Made by a program: the position numbers and the translations under genes. The notes beneath the pieces are model-generated. The model ran no database searches and had not been told where the DNA came from. It saw only the letters and a program-made list of their open reading frames with translations. 64,000 nt of DNA, taken from the NCBI GenBank assembly GCA_047967505.1, contig CM106538.1. One strand, given 5' to 3'. The first letter of the stretch is position 1; each line of letters begins with the position of its first letter. Of the stretch, positions 35,427 to 49,129 are shown piece by piece. The DNA comes from Dipteris shenzhenensis. Taxonomy: Eukaryota.

Positions 35427-38400
35427 ATGGCATTTGATTCTCTTTCATAGATTGTCACTGAAAAGCTTGACAAGAACAACTTCCAGGCATGGAAGTTTAG
35501 AATGACGAATTTCGTGATGGGAAAAGGCTATTGGGAATTCATTACAGGAAATGAAGAAGAACCTGTTCTTCCTAATGTTCCCAGTCAACAGGAAATGCAG
35601 GCATTCAAAGGATGGCATGAGAGAGCCAGGAAAGTTATGTACTGGCTGTCTATCAGTATTTCAGACTCCATGATTGTGCATATTCAGGATGCAAATACAC
35701 CAAAGGAGGCATGGGATACTTTGGCAAAAATGTATAGCACAAATATGCAAGCCAGGAAAATGCAACTCAAACAGGAGTTGCACAATGTGCAGAGAGAAAA
35801 TTTGAGCATAAATGACTACCACATGAAAGTGAAGAAAATTGCAGATGCACTTGCTTCCATTGGGTCGCCAGTGGATGATGATGATTTGGTTTCTGTGACC
35901 TTGAATGGTCTAGGAAAGGATTATGCACAGTTCTGGACATCCATTGCAGTCCGTGAAAACTTTCCTGATTTTGAGGAGTTGATTGCTCTTCTAATTTCTG
36001 AAGAGCAGAGAAATGGGGGTGCATCTTCTTCAGCAGGAACTTCAAAAGAAACTATCTTCTACTCAAATGTTGGCAGAGGTAGAGGCAGAGGTAGAGGAGG
36101 CCGATCTGCAGGCCGTGGTAGAAATCAGAATATGCAGCAAACGCAAGAAAACCAGTCCTATGCAGGAGGATGTGGTAACTCTAGAGGCAGGGGGAGCCAA
36201 AGAGGCCGTGGTGGATGGCAGAGAAGCCAAAATGCAAACAGCAATGTTGAATGCTACTATTGTGGCAAAATGGGTCATATGGCTAAGGACTGCTATAAAA
36301 AGCAGAATGACATTATGAGTGGAAAATTGCAGCAAGGCAATTATGCATCTTCTAGCAGGCAGGGTGATGACAGAAATGAGCATCTATTTATGGTGCAGCA
36401 TATGACCAATTCTGTGACAAGTGCAGAAGAACAAAATGATGTGTGGTATGTTGACTTGGGTGTGTCAAACCACATGACAGGTCACACTGAATGGATGCAC
36501 GATGCAAGAAAAATGGAAAAACCAGGATTTGTAGAGACTGGTGATGATACTGCACATCCTATTGTGCAGATTGGCAAAATTCCTTTGTCTATGCAGGATG
36601 GGAAAAAGAAATACTTGTCTGATGTATTTCATGTCCCGAACATCACCAAGAACCTGGTTTCTATTGGTCAGATGGTTGAGCAGGGCTTGCAGGTTAGATT
36701 TAATCCTCATGGATGCTTTGTTGAGGATATGAAAAATAATGGTCGCTTGATAGCAAAAGGAAAGAAGAAAGGCAGGATGTTTACGTTGGATGCGGACATG
36801 CCTGAATTGAGTGCAGCAATGTTTGCACATGGGACCAGTGTAGTTGCAGATATTGATATCTGGCATAAACGCATTGGTCATGTTAATATACAGCGACTTA
36901 AATCAATGCAAGCCCAAAATATTGTTGCAGGATTGCCTAAATTCAAGGTTGCAGAAATGCACAAGGTTTGTGAAGACTGTCAATTTGGGAAACAGGCAAG
37001 GAAACCTTTTCCTAGCCATGTTCAAGAGAGTAAAAGGCCATTGGAATTAATCCACTCTGATGTGTGGACTACAAAAGCTGCATCTACTAGAGGCTGTCAC
37101 TATTTTGTCACATTTATTGATGACTTCAGCAGAAAACTGTGGGTGTATTTTATGAAAAAGAAAAGTGAAGTGTTTGGGCACTTCAAAGCTTTCAAAGCTA
37201 TGGTTGAAAAAGAAACAGGCCCGCAAATAAAATGCCTAAGGTCAGATGGAGGGGGAGAGTACCTCTCAAATGAGTTTGCAAGGTTCTTGCAGGAGCATGG
37301 TATAAAGCAGCAATATTCATGCAGTCATACCCCACAGCAAAATGGAATTGCAGAAAGAAAAAACAAGCATATTGGAGAGGTATCTCGGGCTATGCTAAAT
37401 GAAAAAGATCTACCAGATTATTATTGGGCTGAAGCAGTTGCTACAGCAGTCTATATAATGAATAGGACTCCCACTGCAGCAATACATGGCATGACGCTAG
37501 AGGAGATGTATACTGGTAGGAAACCAGATATTTCTCATTTGAAGATTTTTGGTTGCCTATGTCCATGTGCCAGATGAGTTGAGGTCCAAGTTGGACCCAA
37601 AAGCTGAGAAGTGCATCTTTATTGGTTATTCTCTACAGCAGAAAGGGTATAGATGCTATAACCCTTCTACACGTAAGTTCACAGTGAGCAGAGATGTTGT
37701 TTTTGATGAGATGAGCAGCTGGTATAAACCAGTAAATGTGATGATTGATGTAGATGCACAAAATGGTAATGCTGCACAGAATGCACAGCAGCAATCACAA
37801 AATATCAGTGGACCTGGAGTGTCCTCTACCAGTGGTTCACATGCTTCGCCATGGACAGGCAGATTGAGATCAAGAGAATCCCCTCAAAGCAATGCAGAGA
37901 GTGGTACGCAGGTATCACGAAAAGGAAAAGAGAAGGTAGATCAGCCCATGTATGATGTGAATGCAGGTCACTCTTGTGTGGATGGTGAATCCAGTGGCTC
38001 AGAACAGAGCATTGATGATGAGTTGGGTATTCCTTCTGTTGTTACACCTGGAGTAAGGAAGACCAGGGATGTTTTGAGAGCACCTGGAAGTGAGCCTATT
38101 TTGCGCAGGTCTACCAGGGTTAGGTATCCTGTGGATAGGCTGAAATATGATGGATTTACAGCCATTCACTATGCCTATATGGTCAAAGTGATACAGGAAC
38201 CAGAACCCACTTCTTTTGAGCAAGCCATGGGAAATGAAAAATGGGAGAAAGCCATGGATGAAGAAATGGATGCCTTGGATGCTAATGCTACATGGGAATT
38301 GGTGCCTTTGCCTAAAGGCAAGAATGCAATTGGTTGTAAGTGGGTTTATAAGATCAAGCACAATGCAGATGGTTCTGTGAACAGATACAAGGCAAGATTA

Positions 38401-39790
38401 GTTGTCAAGGGGTATGCACAGACATATGGCATTGATTATGAAGAAACTTTCAGCCCGGTTGCAAGGATGGCAACCGTAAGAGCAGCCATTGCTATGGCTG
38501 CATCAAAAGGATGGTCTTTACATCAGATGGATGTAAAGAATGCCTTCTTGCATGTGGTGATTTGCAAGAAGAGGTCTTTATGGAGCAGCCAGCAGGTTAT
38601 GTTCATGCCACTCATCCTGAGTTTGTTTGCAGGTTGAAGAAAGCCTTGTATGGCTTGAAGCAAGCACCTAGAGCATGGTCTGACAAGATAGGACAATATC
38701 TTGTCACTATTGGCTTTCAGATTTCCAAGGCAGATTTCTCACTCTATGTGAGAAAAACAGAGAAAGGGATTATGCTGCTGGTCATTTATGTTGATGATTT
38801 GATCATCACAGGTAATAGTGATGAAGATATCCTTCATGTGAAAATGCTATTGAGGCAGAAGTTTGAGATGAAGGATTTGGGAGAGCTGCGTTATTTCTTG
38901 GGCATTGAGGTGATTAGATCACCAAGTGGGATACAGCTCTTGCAGAGGCAATATGGATTGGACATGCTGTCCAAATATGGGATGACAGGCTGTAAGCCTA
39001 TTTCAGTTCCTTTGGAGTAGAATGTGAAGCTGAGCGCAGATGCAGAGGTGAGCTTCTAGAAGACCCTACTATATACAGATGCATAGTAAGAAGTTTGATT
39101 TACATGACTATTACCAGGCCAGATTTGAGCTATGCTGTTGGGTTGGTAAGTCAGTTTATGCAGGCTCCAAGGAAACCGCATTTGGATGCGGCTAGACGCA
39201 TACTTAGGTATGTGAAGTCCACATTGCAGTATGGACTATTTTATGAGGCTGGGGTTCAGATACAGTTGCATGGATACACTGATGCTGATTGGGCTGGTAG
39301 CATTTCTGATAGACGATCTACCAGTGGATATGTGTTCTCTTTTGGGAGTGCTGCAGTCACTTGGAGCAGCAAGAAACAGCCTACAGTTGCCTTGTCGAGC
39401 ACAGAGGCTGAGTACAGGGGTGCAGCAATGGCTGCATGTGAGGTAGCTTGGTTGCATAAGCTACTTTATGATATGCATTAGTCTACAGATGGGCCGGTTG
39501 TCATTTATTGTGACAACATGAGCAGTATACACTTGGCAAAGAACGCAGTCTTTCATGCCAGAACAAAGCACATTGAGGTGCATTATCACTATGTGCGGGA
39601 GAAGGTTTTACTAGGTCTTATTGATCTAGTTTATGTCAGCACAGAGGATCAGGTAGCTGACATATTCACGAAAGCATTGGGCGCAGAGAAGCTGCGCAAG
39701 TTCAGAGACCTGCTTGGTGTGCAGGATTTGAGATTGAGCTCGAGGGGGAGTGTTGAGATATCGAGCTCCACTCGCGATATGCCAGGGTGA
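35427..39790 (+). pseudogene. gag-pol: A3 gag-pol polyprotein, few lesions
   Basis: ATG 35427, TAG at codon 8, then a 691-aa ORF 35502-37577 (Gag, PR, INT). Small frameshifts near 37555, 38553 and 39045; TAG stops at 39018 and ~39479. Confidence 0.92.
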
Positions 39791-40396
39791 CTGTTGTGCA
39801 TTTATGTCACCGACTTGTTAGCTGGAGATGCGGTTGGTACACCGCCCACGAATAATAGCTGGATGACAGCTATCCTTATCTACTATAGTTTGTGGGTCAG
39901 TTAGTATGCCACCTTAGTTAGTTGAGTTTGGTTTGAGACCCACATATAAGGTTCTTCTATTTCTTTGTACTTGACTTCTTTTGGCTTACACAACTAAGAA
40001 GAGGAAAACTGTTTTCAGCCTCCACCTTTGTGTGTATTCCCCCATTGTGCATGTGAGAAAGCCGCAAGTGAGACTCCTTCCCTCTCTCCCACTATCTTCA
40101 CAGTAAGGAGTCTCACTTGCAACTTTCTCACATACACGATAGGGGAATATACACAAAGGTAGAGGCTGAAAACAATTTTCCTCTTCTTAGTTGTGAAAGC
40201 CAAAAGAACTCACTGAGTAGAAAAGTAATAGGTGAACCCTATATGTGGGTCTCGAACCAAACTCAACTAACTAAGGTGGCATACTAGTTGAGCCACTAAG
40301 TAAAGTACATAAGGATAGCTGTCATCCAGCTATTATTCATGGGCCGTGCACCAACCGCATTTGCAGCAACAAGTCGATTACATAAATGCACAACGG

Positions 40397-43300
40397 TCAC
40401 CCTGGCATATCATGAGTGGAGCTCGATATCTCAACACTCCCCCTCGAGCTCAATCCCAATTCCTGCACACCAAGCAGGTCTCTGAACTTGTGCAGCTTCT
40501 CTGCACCCAATGCCTTTGTGAATATGTCAGCTACTTGATCGTCTGTGCTGACATAAACTAGATCAATAAAACCTACTAGAACCTTCTCCCGCACATAGTG
40601 ATAATGCACCTCAATGTGCTCTGTTCTAGCATGATAGACTAGGTTATTTGCCGAGTGTATATTGCTCATGTTGTCACAATAAAATACAACTGGCCAATCT
40701 GTAGACTGATGCATATCATAAAGTAGCTTATGCAACCAAGCTGCCTCACATGCAGCCATTGCTGCACCCTTGTACACAGCCTCTATGCTTGACAAGGCAA
40801 CTGTAGGCTGTTTCTTGTTGCTCCAAGTGACTGCAGCATTCCCAAAAGAGAACACATATCCACTGGTAGATCATCTATCAAAAATACTACCAGCCCAATC
40901 AGCATCAGTGTATATCCATGCAATTGTATCTGAACCCAGTCTCATAAAATAGTCCATACTACAATGTGGACTTCACATACCTCAGTATGCGTCTAAATGC
41001 GGTTTCCTTGGAGCCTGCATAAACTGACTTACCAACCCAACAACATAGCTCAAATCTGGCCTGGTAATAGTCATATAGATCAAACTTCCTACTATGCGTC
41101 TGTACATAGTAGGGTCTTCCAGAAGCTCACCTGCATCTATGCTCACCTTCACATTCTGCTCCAAAGGAATTGAAATAGGCTTACATTCTGTCATCCCATA
41201 TTTGGATAGCATGTCCAAGCCATACTGCCTCTGCAAGAGCCATATCCCACTTGTGGATCTAATCACCTCAATGCCCAAGAAGTAACGCAGCTCTCCCAAA
41301 TCCTTCATCTCAAACTTCTGCTTCAATAGCATTTTCACATGAAGGATATCTTCATCACTATCACCTGTGATGATCAAATCATCAACATAAATGACAAGCA
41401 GCATAATGCCTTTCTCTGTTTTTCTCACATAAAGTGAGAAATATGCCTTGGAAATTTGAAAGCCAATAGTGACAAGATACTGTCCTATCTTGTCAGACCA
41501 TGCTCTGAGTGCTTGCTTCAAGCCATACAAGGCTTTCTTCAACCTACAAACAAACTCAGGATGAACAGCATGAACATAACCTGGTGGCTGCTCCATATAC
41601 ACCTCTTCTTACAAATCACCATGCAAGAAATCATTCTTTACATCCATCTGATGTAAAGACTATCGCTTTGATGCAGCCATAGCAGTGACCGCTCTTACAG
41701 TTGCCATCCTTGCAACCGGACTGAATGTTTCTTCATAATCAATGCCATATGTCTGTGCATACCCCTTGACAACTAATCTTGCCTTGTATCTATTCACAGA
41801 ACCATCTACATTGTGCTTCACCTTATAAACCCACTTGCGCCAATTGCGTTCTTGTCTTTAGGCAAAGGCACCAATTCCCATGTAGCATTTGCTTCCAAGG
41901 CATCCATTTCTTCATCCATGGCTTTCTCCCATTTTTCTTTTCCCATGGCTTGCTCAAAGAAGTGGGTTCTGGTTCATGTATCACTTTGACCATATAGGCA
42001 TAGTGAATGGCTGTAAATCCATCATATTTCAACCTATCCAGAGGATACCTAGCACTGGTAGCCCTATGCAAAATAGGCTCACTACTAGGTGCTCTCAAAA
42101 CATCCCTTGTCTTCCTTACTCCAGGTGTAACAATAGAAGGAAACCCAACTCATCATCAAGGCTGTGTTCTGAGCCACTAGATTCACCATCCACATAAGAG
42201 TGACATGCATTCACATCAACCATGGACTGATCTACTTCCTCTTTTCCTTTTCGTGATACTTGCATACCACTATCTGCATTGCTTTGAGGAGATGCTCTTG
42301 ATCTCGATCTGCTTGTTCGTGGTGAAGTATGTGAACCACTGCTAGAGGAAACTATAGGTCCACCAATATTTTGTGATTGCTACTGTCAATTCTTTACAGC
42401 ATTACCCTTTCGTGCATCTACATCATCAATCACATTTACTGGTTTATACCAGCTGCTCGTCTCATCAAAAAGAACATCTCTGCTTATTGGTTTCATTGAT
42501 CATGGCACGAGATACCTCTCCAATATGCTTGTTTTTCCTTTCTGCAAGTCAATTTTGTTGTGGGGTATGATTGCATGAATATTGTTGCTTTATGCCATGC
42601 TCCTGCAAGAACCTTGCAAACTCATTTGAGAGGTACTCTTCCCCTCCATCTGACCTTAGGCATTTTATTTGCAAGCCTGTTTCTTTTTCAACCATAGCTT
42701 TAAAAGCTTTGAAATGCCCGAATACTTCACTTTTCTTTTTCATAAAATACACCTAAACTTTTCTACTATAGTCATTAATAAAAGTGACAAAATAATGACA
42801 GCCTCCGATAGATACAACTTTAGTAGTCCACACATTAGAGTGGATTAATTCCAATGGCCTCTTACTCTCTTGAACATGTCTAGGAAGTGGTTTCCTTTCC
42901 TATTTTCCAAATTGACAGGCTTCACATACCTTATGCATTTCTGCAACCTTGAACTTAAGCAATGCTGCAACAATATTTTGGGCCTGCATTAATTTAAGTC
43001 ACTATACATTAACATGACCAATGCGTTTATGCCAGATATCAATATCTGCAACTACACTGGTCCCATGTGCAAACATTGCTACACTCAATTCAGGCATGTC
43101 TGCATCCAACCTAAACATCCTACCCTTCTTCTTCCCTTTTGCTATCAAGTGAGCTTTATTTTTCATATTCTCAACAAAGCATCCATGAGGATTAAATCTA
43201 ACCTGCAAGCCCTACTCAACCATTTGACCAATAGAAACCAAGTTCTTGATGATATTTAGGATATGAAATACATCAGACAGGTATTTATTTTTTCCATCCT

Positions 43301-44468
43301 GAATAGACAAAGGAATTTTACCAATCAGGACAATAGGATGTGCAGCATCATAACCAGTCTCCACAAATCCTGGTCTTTCCATTTTCCTTGCATCCTGCAT
43401 CCATTCTGCATGACCTGTCATGTGGTTTGACACACCTGAGTCAACATGCCACACATCATTGCTTTCTTTTGCACTTGTCATAGAATTGGTCATGTGCTGC
43501 ACCATAAACAGATGCTCATTTCTGTCATCACCCTGTCTACTAGAGGATGCATAATTGCCTTGCTACAATTTTCCAGTCATAATGTCATTCTCCTTTTTAT
43601 AGCAGTCTTTAACCATATGACCCATTTTACCATAGTAGTAGCATTCAACATTGTTGTTTGCATTTCAGCCTCTCTACCATCCACCATGACCTCTTTGGCT
43701 CCCTCTGCCTCTAAAGTTACCACGTCCTTCTCCATAGGACTGATTTTCTTGAATTTGCTGCATATTTTGATTTCTACCATGACCTTTAGATCGGCTTGCT
43801 CTACCTCTACCTCTACCTCTTCCAGCATTTGAGTAGAAGACAGTTTCTTTTGAAGTTCCTTCTGAAGAAGATGCACCACCATTTCTATACTCTTCAGAAA
43901 TTAGAAGAGCAATCAACTCCCAAAATCATGAAAATTCTCACGGACGGCAATGGATGTTCGGAACTGTTCATAATCCCTTGCTAGACCATTCAAGGTCACA
44001 TAAACTAAATCATCATCGTCCACTTGCGACCTAATAGAAGCAAGTGCATCTGCAATCTTCTTCACTTCATGTGGTAGTCATTGATGCTCATATTTTCTCT
44101 CTGCACATTATGCAACTCCTGCTTGAGAGCTGCATTTTCCCGGCTTGCGTATTTGTGCTGTACATTTTTGTCAAAGTATCCCACACCTCCTTCGGCGTGC
44201 TTGCATCCTGAATATGCACAATCATAGAATCTAAAATACTGATAGACAGCCAGTACATAACTTTTCTGGCTCTCTCATGCCATCCTTTAAATGCCCACAA
44301 CTCCTGTTGATTGGGAACATTAGGAATAACTGGTTCTTGTTCAGCTCCAGTAATGAACTCCCAATAGCCTTTTCCCTTAAGGAAATTCGTCATTCTAATC
44401 TTCCATGCTTGAAAGTTGTTCTTATCAAGCTTTTCAGTGACTATCTATGAAAGAGCATCAGATGCCAT
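40397..44468 (-). pseudogene. gag-pol: A4 gag-pol polyprotein pseudogene
   Basis: Gag 44088-44393, PR 43212-43505, INT 42549-42752, RT 40982-41602, RH 40397-40855. There is an ~300-bp integrase deletion near 42490 relative to A1. Confidence 0.9.
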
Positions 44469-45374
44469 TACAGAACACTACAAAAATATTCTGTCACTGC
44501 AAAAAACACAACTTCTGCCTCACAAGGGCAAATCTGCAAAACTGACGAAAGTGGTATTTGACCACATAGTCACTTCATAGTGACGATTTTGCATCAACAG
44601 GCAATAAGAATGATTCTGTCACTCCCAACATCTCTGCGCATAGGCATACGATGCAATTTTAGTGGCAACTTTTCACCGACCTGCAGAATAGTGGTCACAC
44701 AACAAAAACAAGGCGCTTTTATGAGTGCCTACGAAAAACTTCCGCCACCAAAATGGGCCCCAAAATGGCCTCGAATCAACAAAATAATGTCACCAAGGGC
44801 ATCGCCCCATCCCGCACCATATACTGCCCTCTCGCCGCACCGCAAAGGGCATCCCAATCTGAGACAGTGCACTCTTGCACTTTTTGGTTGTGCTACTTGC
44901 AGAGATTTGCTCCCAAACTCGAAAAAGGAAAGCAACACTGATCCTCTTACTAAGACACCGTGAACTTGGTTTGCTTTCCTGAGCTCGTTGCCACGAACCG
45001 AGCTCTGATACCATTTGAAGAGAGTGGGAGAGAAGTAAGGAGTCTCACTTGTAGCTTTCTCACACACACAATGGGTGAATATACACAAAGGTGGAGGCTA
45101 AAAATAGTTTTCCTCTTCTTAGTTGTGAAAGCCAAAAGAACTCACTGAGTACAAAAGTAATAGGTGAACCCTATATGTGGGTCTCAAACCAAACCTAGCT
45201 AACTAAGGTGGCATACTAACTAAGCCACTAAGTAGAGTACATAAGGATAGCTGTCATCTAGCTATTATTCATGGGCGGTGTACCAACCACATCTACAGCT
45301 AACAAGTCAGTGACATAAATGCACAACTGTGACTCTGGCATATCATGAGTGGAGCTCGATATCTCAACAAGGGG

Positions 45375-47050
45375 CACATCCATTATTTGGAGATCATCAA
45401 GCTAGAGTTGGAAAAGTTGACACGTGCTCTCTAGTGGTTGACCCAAGTCAAACATATAGACCACCAACAATCTATCATTCCCAACATCCTAGCAAGACTT
45501 GTACCCCCCCAAATCACCAACTGGATGGGCTATTTTTGCAACTAGATGTGAGAGCACCGTAAGACACACAGCGAGTTGTCGGTAACCCTATGTAAAACAT
45601 ACAAATTCTCTATCATATGTTAAAGCTTGGCTATGGGTTGGCCAACAAAGCCGCCACATAGGACCAGGGCTAGCCAATGAAGAGGAGACAGTGGGGCTAG
45701 AGCTAAGAGATCAAGGCAGAGCCAAGTGCCACCCTTGCCAGCCACCTTGCTTAGCCACCCCTCCACAATCAGCTCATTACCCAATATGAAGACTGACAGA
45801 TGCAGGAATTCCTACACAGGCAACACGGAATGGATCACTCTGATACATGCCCCAAGGGCAAGGCTATACCCGAAGACCCCATCCACATTTACAATCTCCC
45901 TGGGGATGACACTGTCCACATTTGCCTCCACCTTAGAGCCCAAGATACTCAGGCCACCCCCTTTGCACCCCAAGTCTTGGCCTCAACTACAACCCACCCT
46001 CATGAGACCACCTCCTTCATCACTGACTCCACCTCATCCCCATGGGTAGGGCTCACCGAAGCCCTTTAGTTTTGTAGTGCACCCCATTATCAAACAGTGG
46101 GTGATTACAACAATATGTCAGCCAAGCAGCTCTCCCGTGCTGATTAGATGGAGCTGCAGCTATTTGATGTGATGGCCCAGGTCCCACAATTGGCTCAAAC
46201 GATTCTACAAAGACATCAAGAACATGCCTCCTAGCTCTCCTCTACTCTTCTCTAGGCATAGCTCTTTGCACACGACAGCCATTCGTCGTTGATGGTCGCT
46301 GCCTAAGCTGCAGTGTAACCCACCCTCGACAAAGTGGAAGAGTATCGCAACAAGGTTGAAGAGCTGGAATTCTCGATCACAAAGCTCAAAGACGAGCTCT
46401 TGGCTAGTGAATACTTGGTCCAAACTCTCGTGGACCAAGTGGACAAGGCAGAATCTTGCCTCCTCACCATAAAGACAAACAAAGGGCGCAAGCAGAAGAG
46501 CAATAAGCCAAACTCTGGAAGGGATATGATTGACAAATTTAGACCCTACAAGAGCTCTTGGCACAGGAGCATGCACTCACTATTACCATGCAAGGAGACA
46601 ACGAGCGCCTATGCACCTTTGGCCTCCCAAAGGAATCCATGTTGGAAGACCAGGAGCAATACGAGTTCCAGATGTATTGAGAGGTCTTAGCTCAACTAGC
46701 CACATACAATCTTGCCCCACGCACTATCCCCCAAACCATACAAATGCACTTCGATGCCCTTTGTGCACAAAAACCTATCTTCCACTTGACCTCATTGCTC
46801 CACTTCCTCCTAACTCCCTCCAAACCATCCTCTGCCGCAATCCTGAGCATTGCCATCCCATTCTTGCCATGTCATACTTCTCTCTTGATCTTCAGCCCAC
46901 CAGCCTCTCTCTTCTCCATCCCTTTGACCTTCAAACCCTTGTTGCCCACCCCATCCTACTCAATTTCCAAGCATGGTGCCGGGTCATCACTGAGTCCACT
47001 AATTACCCACCATAGGGCAATGATGTGATGAAACTAGTCGAGCTCGAAGA
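45375..47050 (+). pseudogene. Degenerate unknown ORF (continues 34093-34280 across the A4 insertion); possibly a retroelement accessory ORF
   Basis: The A4 TSD joins 34280 to 45375. Coding-like pieces are LNADVVQATFGLP, the heptad-like EEYRNKVEELEFSITKLKDELL and the Cys motif RCPLCTKTYLPLDLIAPLP. Family not identified. Confidence 0.3.
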
Positions 47051-49129
47051 ACTCAGCCCATGGGTCTACACTCCCAAGGGCCTCTAAGCCGATATCAAAT
47101 AGATGCAGACCTATGACCGGGCCTCCACAGTCCAAATGCAAGGGTATGTAGTTGCATATTTTCTACCATCCCCTCGACATAATCATTTTGTACATCTGGG
47201 TGGTACAAGCTCTCCAGGACTCTCTCGAAAACTCGGTCAACAATTTTGAAACGATCCATGTAGCGATATCTCAATAGTACTTTCATATGGTGAAACACTA
47301 TATCCTTACTAATTCTCCACATTTGTTGAATGACTACAGCTCGTATGAAGTTCCAAAGCCTAGTTGTGATGCTGTTAATTTTCCTTTGTCTCCGAGCAAT
47401 GCTAACTTCTATTTAAATGAAATGGCAATATAATTTTTTGCCAACCACGGGAGGATACGCCACTATATTGATCGTGAGATGATGTAACCTCGGAAAAGAT
47501 GCAAATGCTATTCAACTAAAACAGGAAACGTCCCTCCATTTGATGATCGTGTCTTTAGTAGGTAGCTTACATGTGAGCAATTGCCAAAGACTGAAATTAA
47601 GACAATATGAGGGAGTTGTAGACCAAACATTATAGAGACATACTACCCATACTAGGTGTAAAGGAAAGGGTGACGCCTTCTTCCAGGACTATTGAACAAC
47701 AATAGGGACGTCCAGTGAATTACTAGAAATGAGATCCTTTTTAGAGAGTTGAGACAGATCCTTACTGCACAAAGTAATCCAGCCCTTTAGGTTATGTTGC
47801 AGTACCAATGTAGAGCTAGCAGGTTAGCATGCATTAGGAGGTTAATCTCAGGAACTAACATTCTCTATTCGAGAGGTGATACATATTAACCAAAAGTCAA
47901 AAATCAAATCAACAACGCTACTGATGATTCCATAAAAGTTTTCAAGTGGACAATCCTCGATTTTAAAGCCTTTTTGAGAGGTTTGGACTTATTTGCACAT
48001 GATTGAATGGTGATCTATTGAATGAGATATTTAGCCCAAGGGAGCCATCACCTATCAAGCTATCTTTAGGCAAAATTGAGAGAGAATGATTTCTTGGCAC
48101 TTCGGACTCCCATGGTTCAAATCTAGGAGACATTGGATTTCTATCAAAATGATAAGTGATGATGACATTAGCAATTAGGATCAAAATATAGCAAATGAAA
48201 ATAATTCCCATTTTCATTTTAAGTAAAATAGAGTAAGAATGGTTCTCAAAACATTCATGTATTTAAATATCTAACATCTCAAACATCCTCAATCTCATTT
48301 AGTAGCATTTCAATATTTTCAAGTTTGGAAGTTCTATTTCAAACACCATAACTTGTTCACTCTCATCATAAATGCCATCATCACACTCCTTGTCAGCATC
48401 ATTGTTTTGTATTATTTTCTTTGCTATTAATTTTATTCATTCTCATCTACCTCATCCACAATTTCATATGCATCTTGTTGTTGAATGGTTTAAATGTGGA
48501 GAATTTTTCTTCTTCATATTCATCTCATCATCCTCATCAATGGAGGGTTCATCTCTTCAGTCTTCATTTTCATTATGGTATCAATGTCTATAGTTTTAAA
48601 AATATGTCTCCCATGAGAATTTATATGTATCATATGTAACCATTCCTCATCACTTGCACCTTATGAAACATGCATGCTAACAATCCTTAGAAATGGTCCA
48701 TCAGATGAGAAAAGTGCTTTTAAATAATAGTAGCATCAAAATGGGGATGTTTATTTCTCCACCAAAACTTCTCGAGATGATATAGTTAACACATTGCTTA
48801 AAATTGAGCTCCATAGTTGAATAGAAAGTCTTAAATGCAATACAATTTCAAATATTGGAATTGTTCTTGAAATTATATTTAGCAATACAATAGCAATGTT
48901 AAATGGGAATGCAATCCATTTGCTATTGATGGTAGCAATCAACACATTCTTATAGTTATGCTCAACAAATGTATGGCAATGCTGGAATACAAACTCTAAA
49001 CATTTCAATTTTCATCTAATGATTGAAGATGACTTTACATTTGCAGACTAGAATAGCTTAATCCTTTACTACAAATACTAGAATTGTGCTTGGAATTTGA
49101 ATGCCGACAATCTAACGTGGAGGATTTGC

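Larger units (their letters stand above)
34305..40102 (+). mobile_element. Ty1/copia family A, copy A3 (youngest A copy, near intact)
   Basis: 352-bp LTRs 34305-34656 and 39751-40102, about 6 differences by eye. TSD GTAAG at 34300-34304 and 40103-40107. PBS 34657-34668. PPT before 39751. Confidence 0.96.
34281..45369 (-). mobile_element. Ty1/copia family A, copy A4 (older, disabled); its 3' LTR is split by A3
   Basis: TSD AGGGG at 34276-34280 and 45370-45374. 5' LTR 45014-45369, PBS complement 45002-45013. 3' LTR = 34281-34304 plus 40108-40436. Confidence 0.92.
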
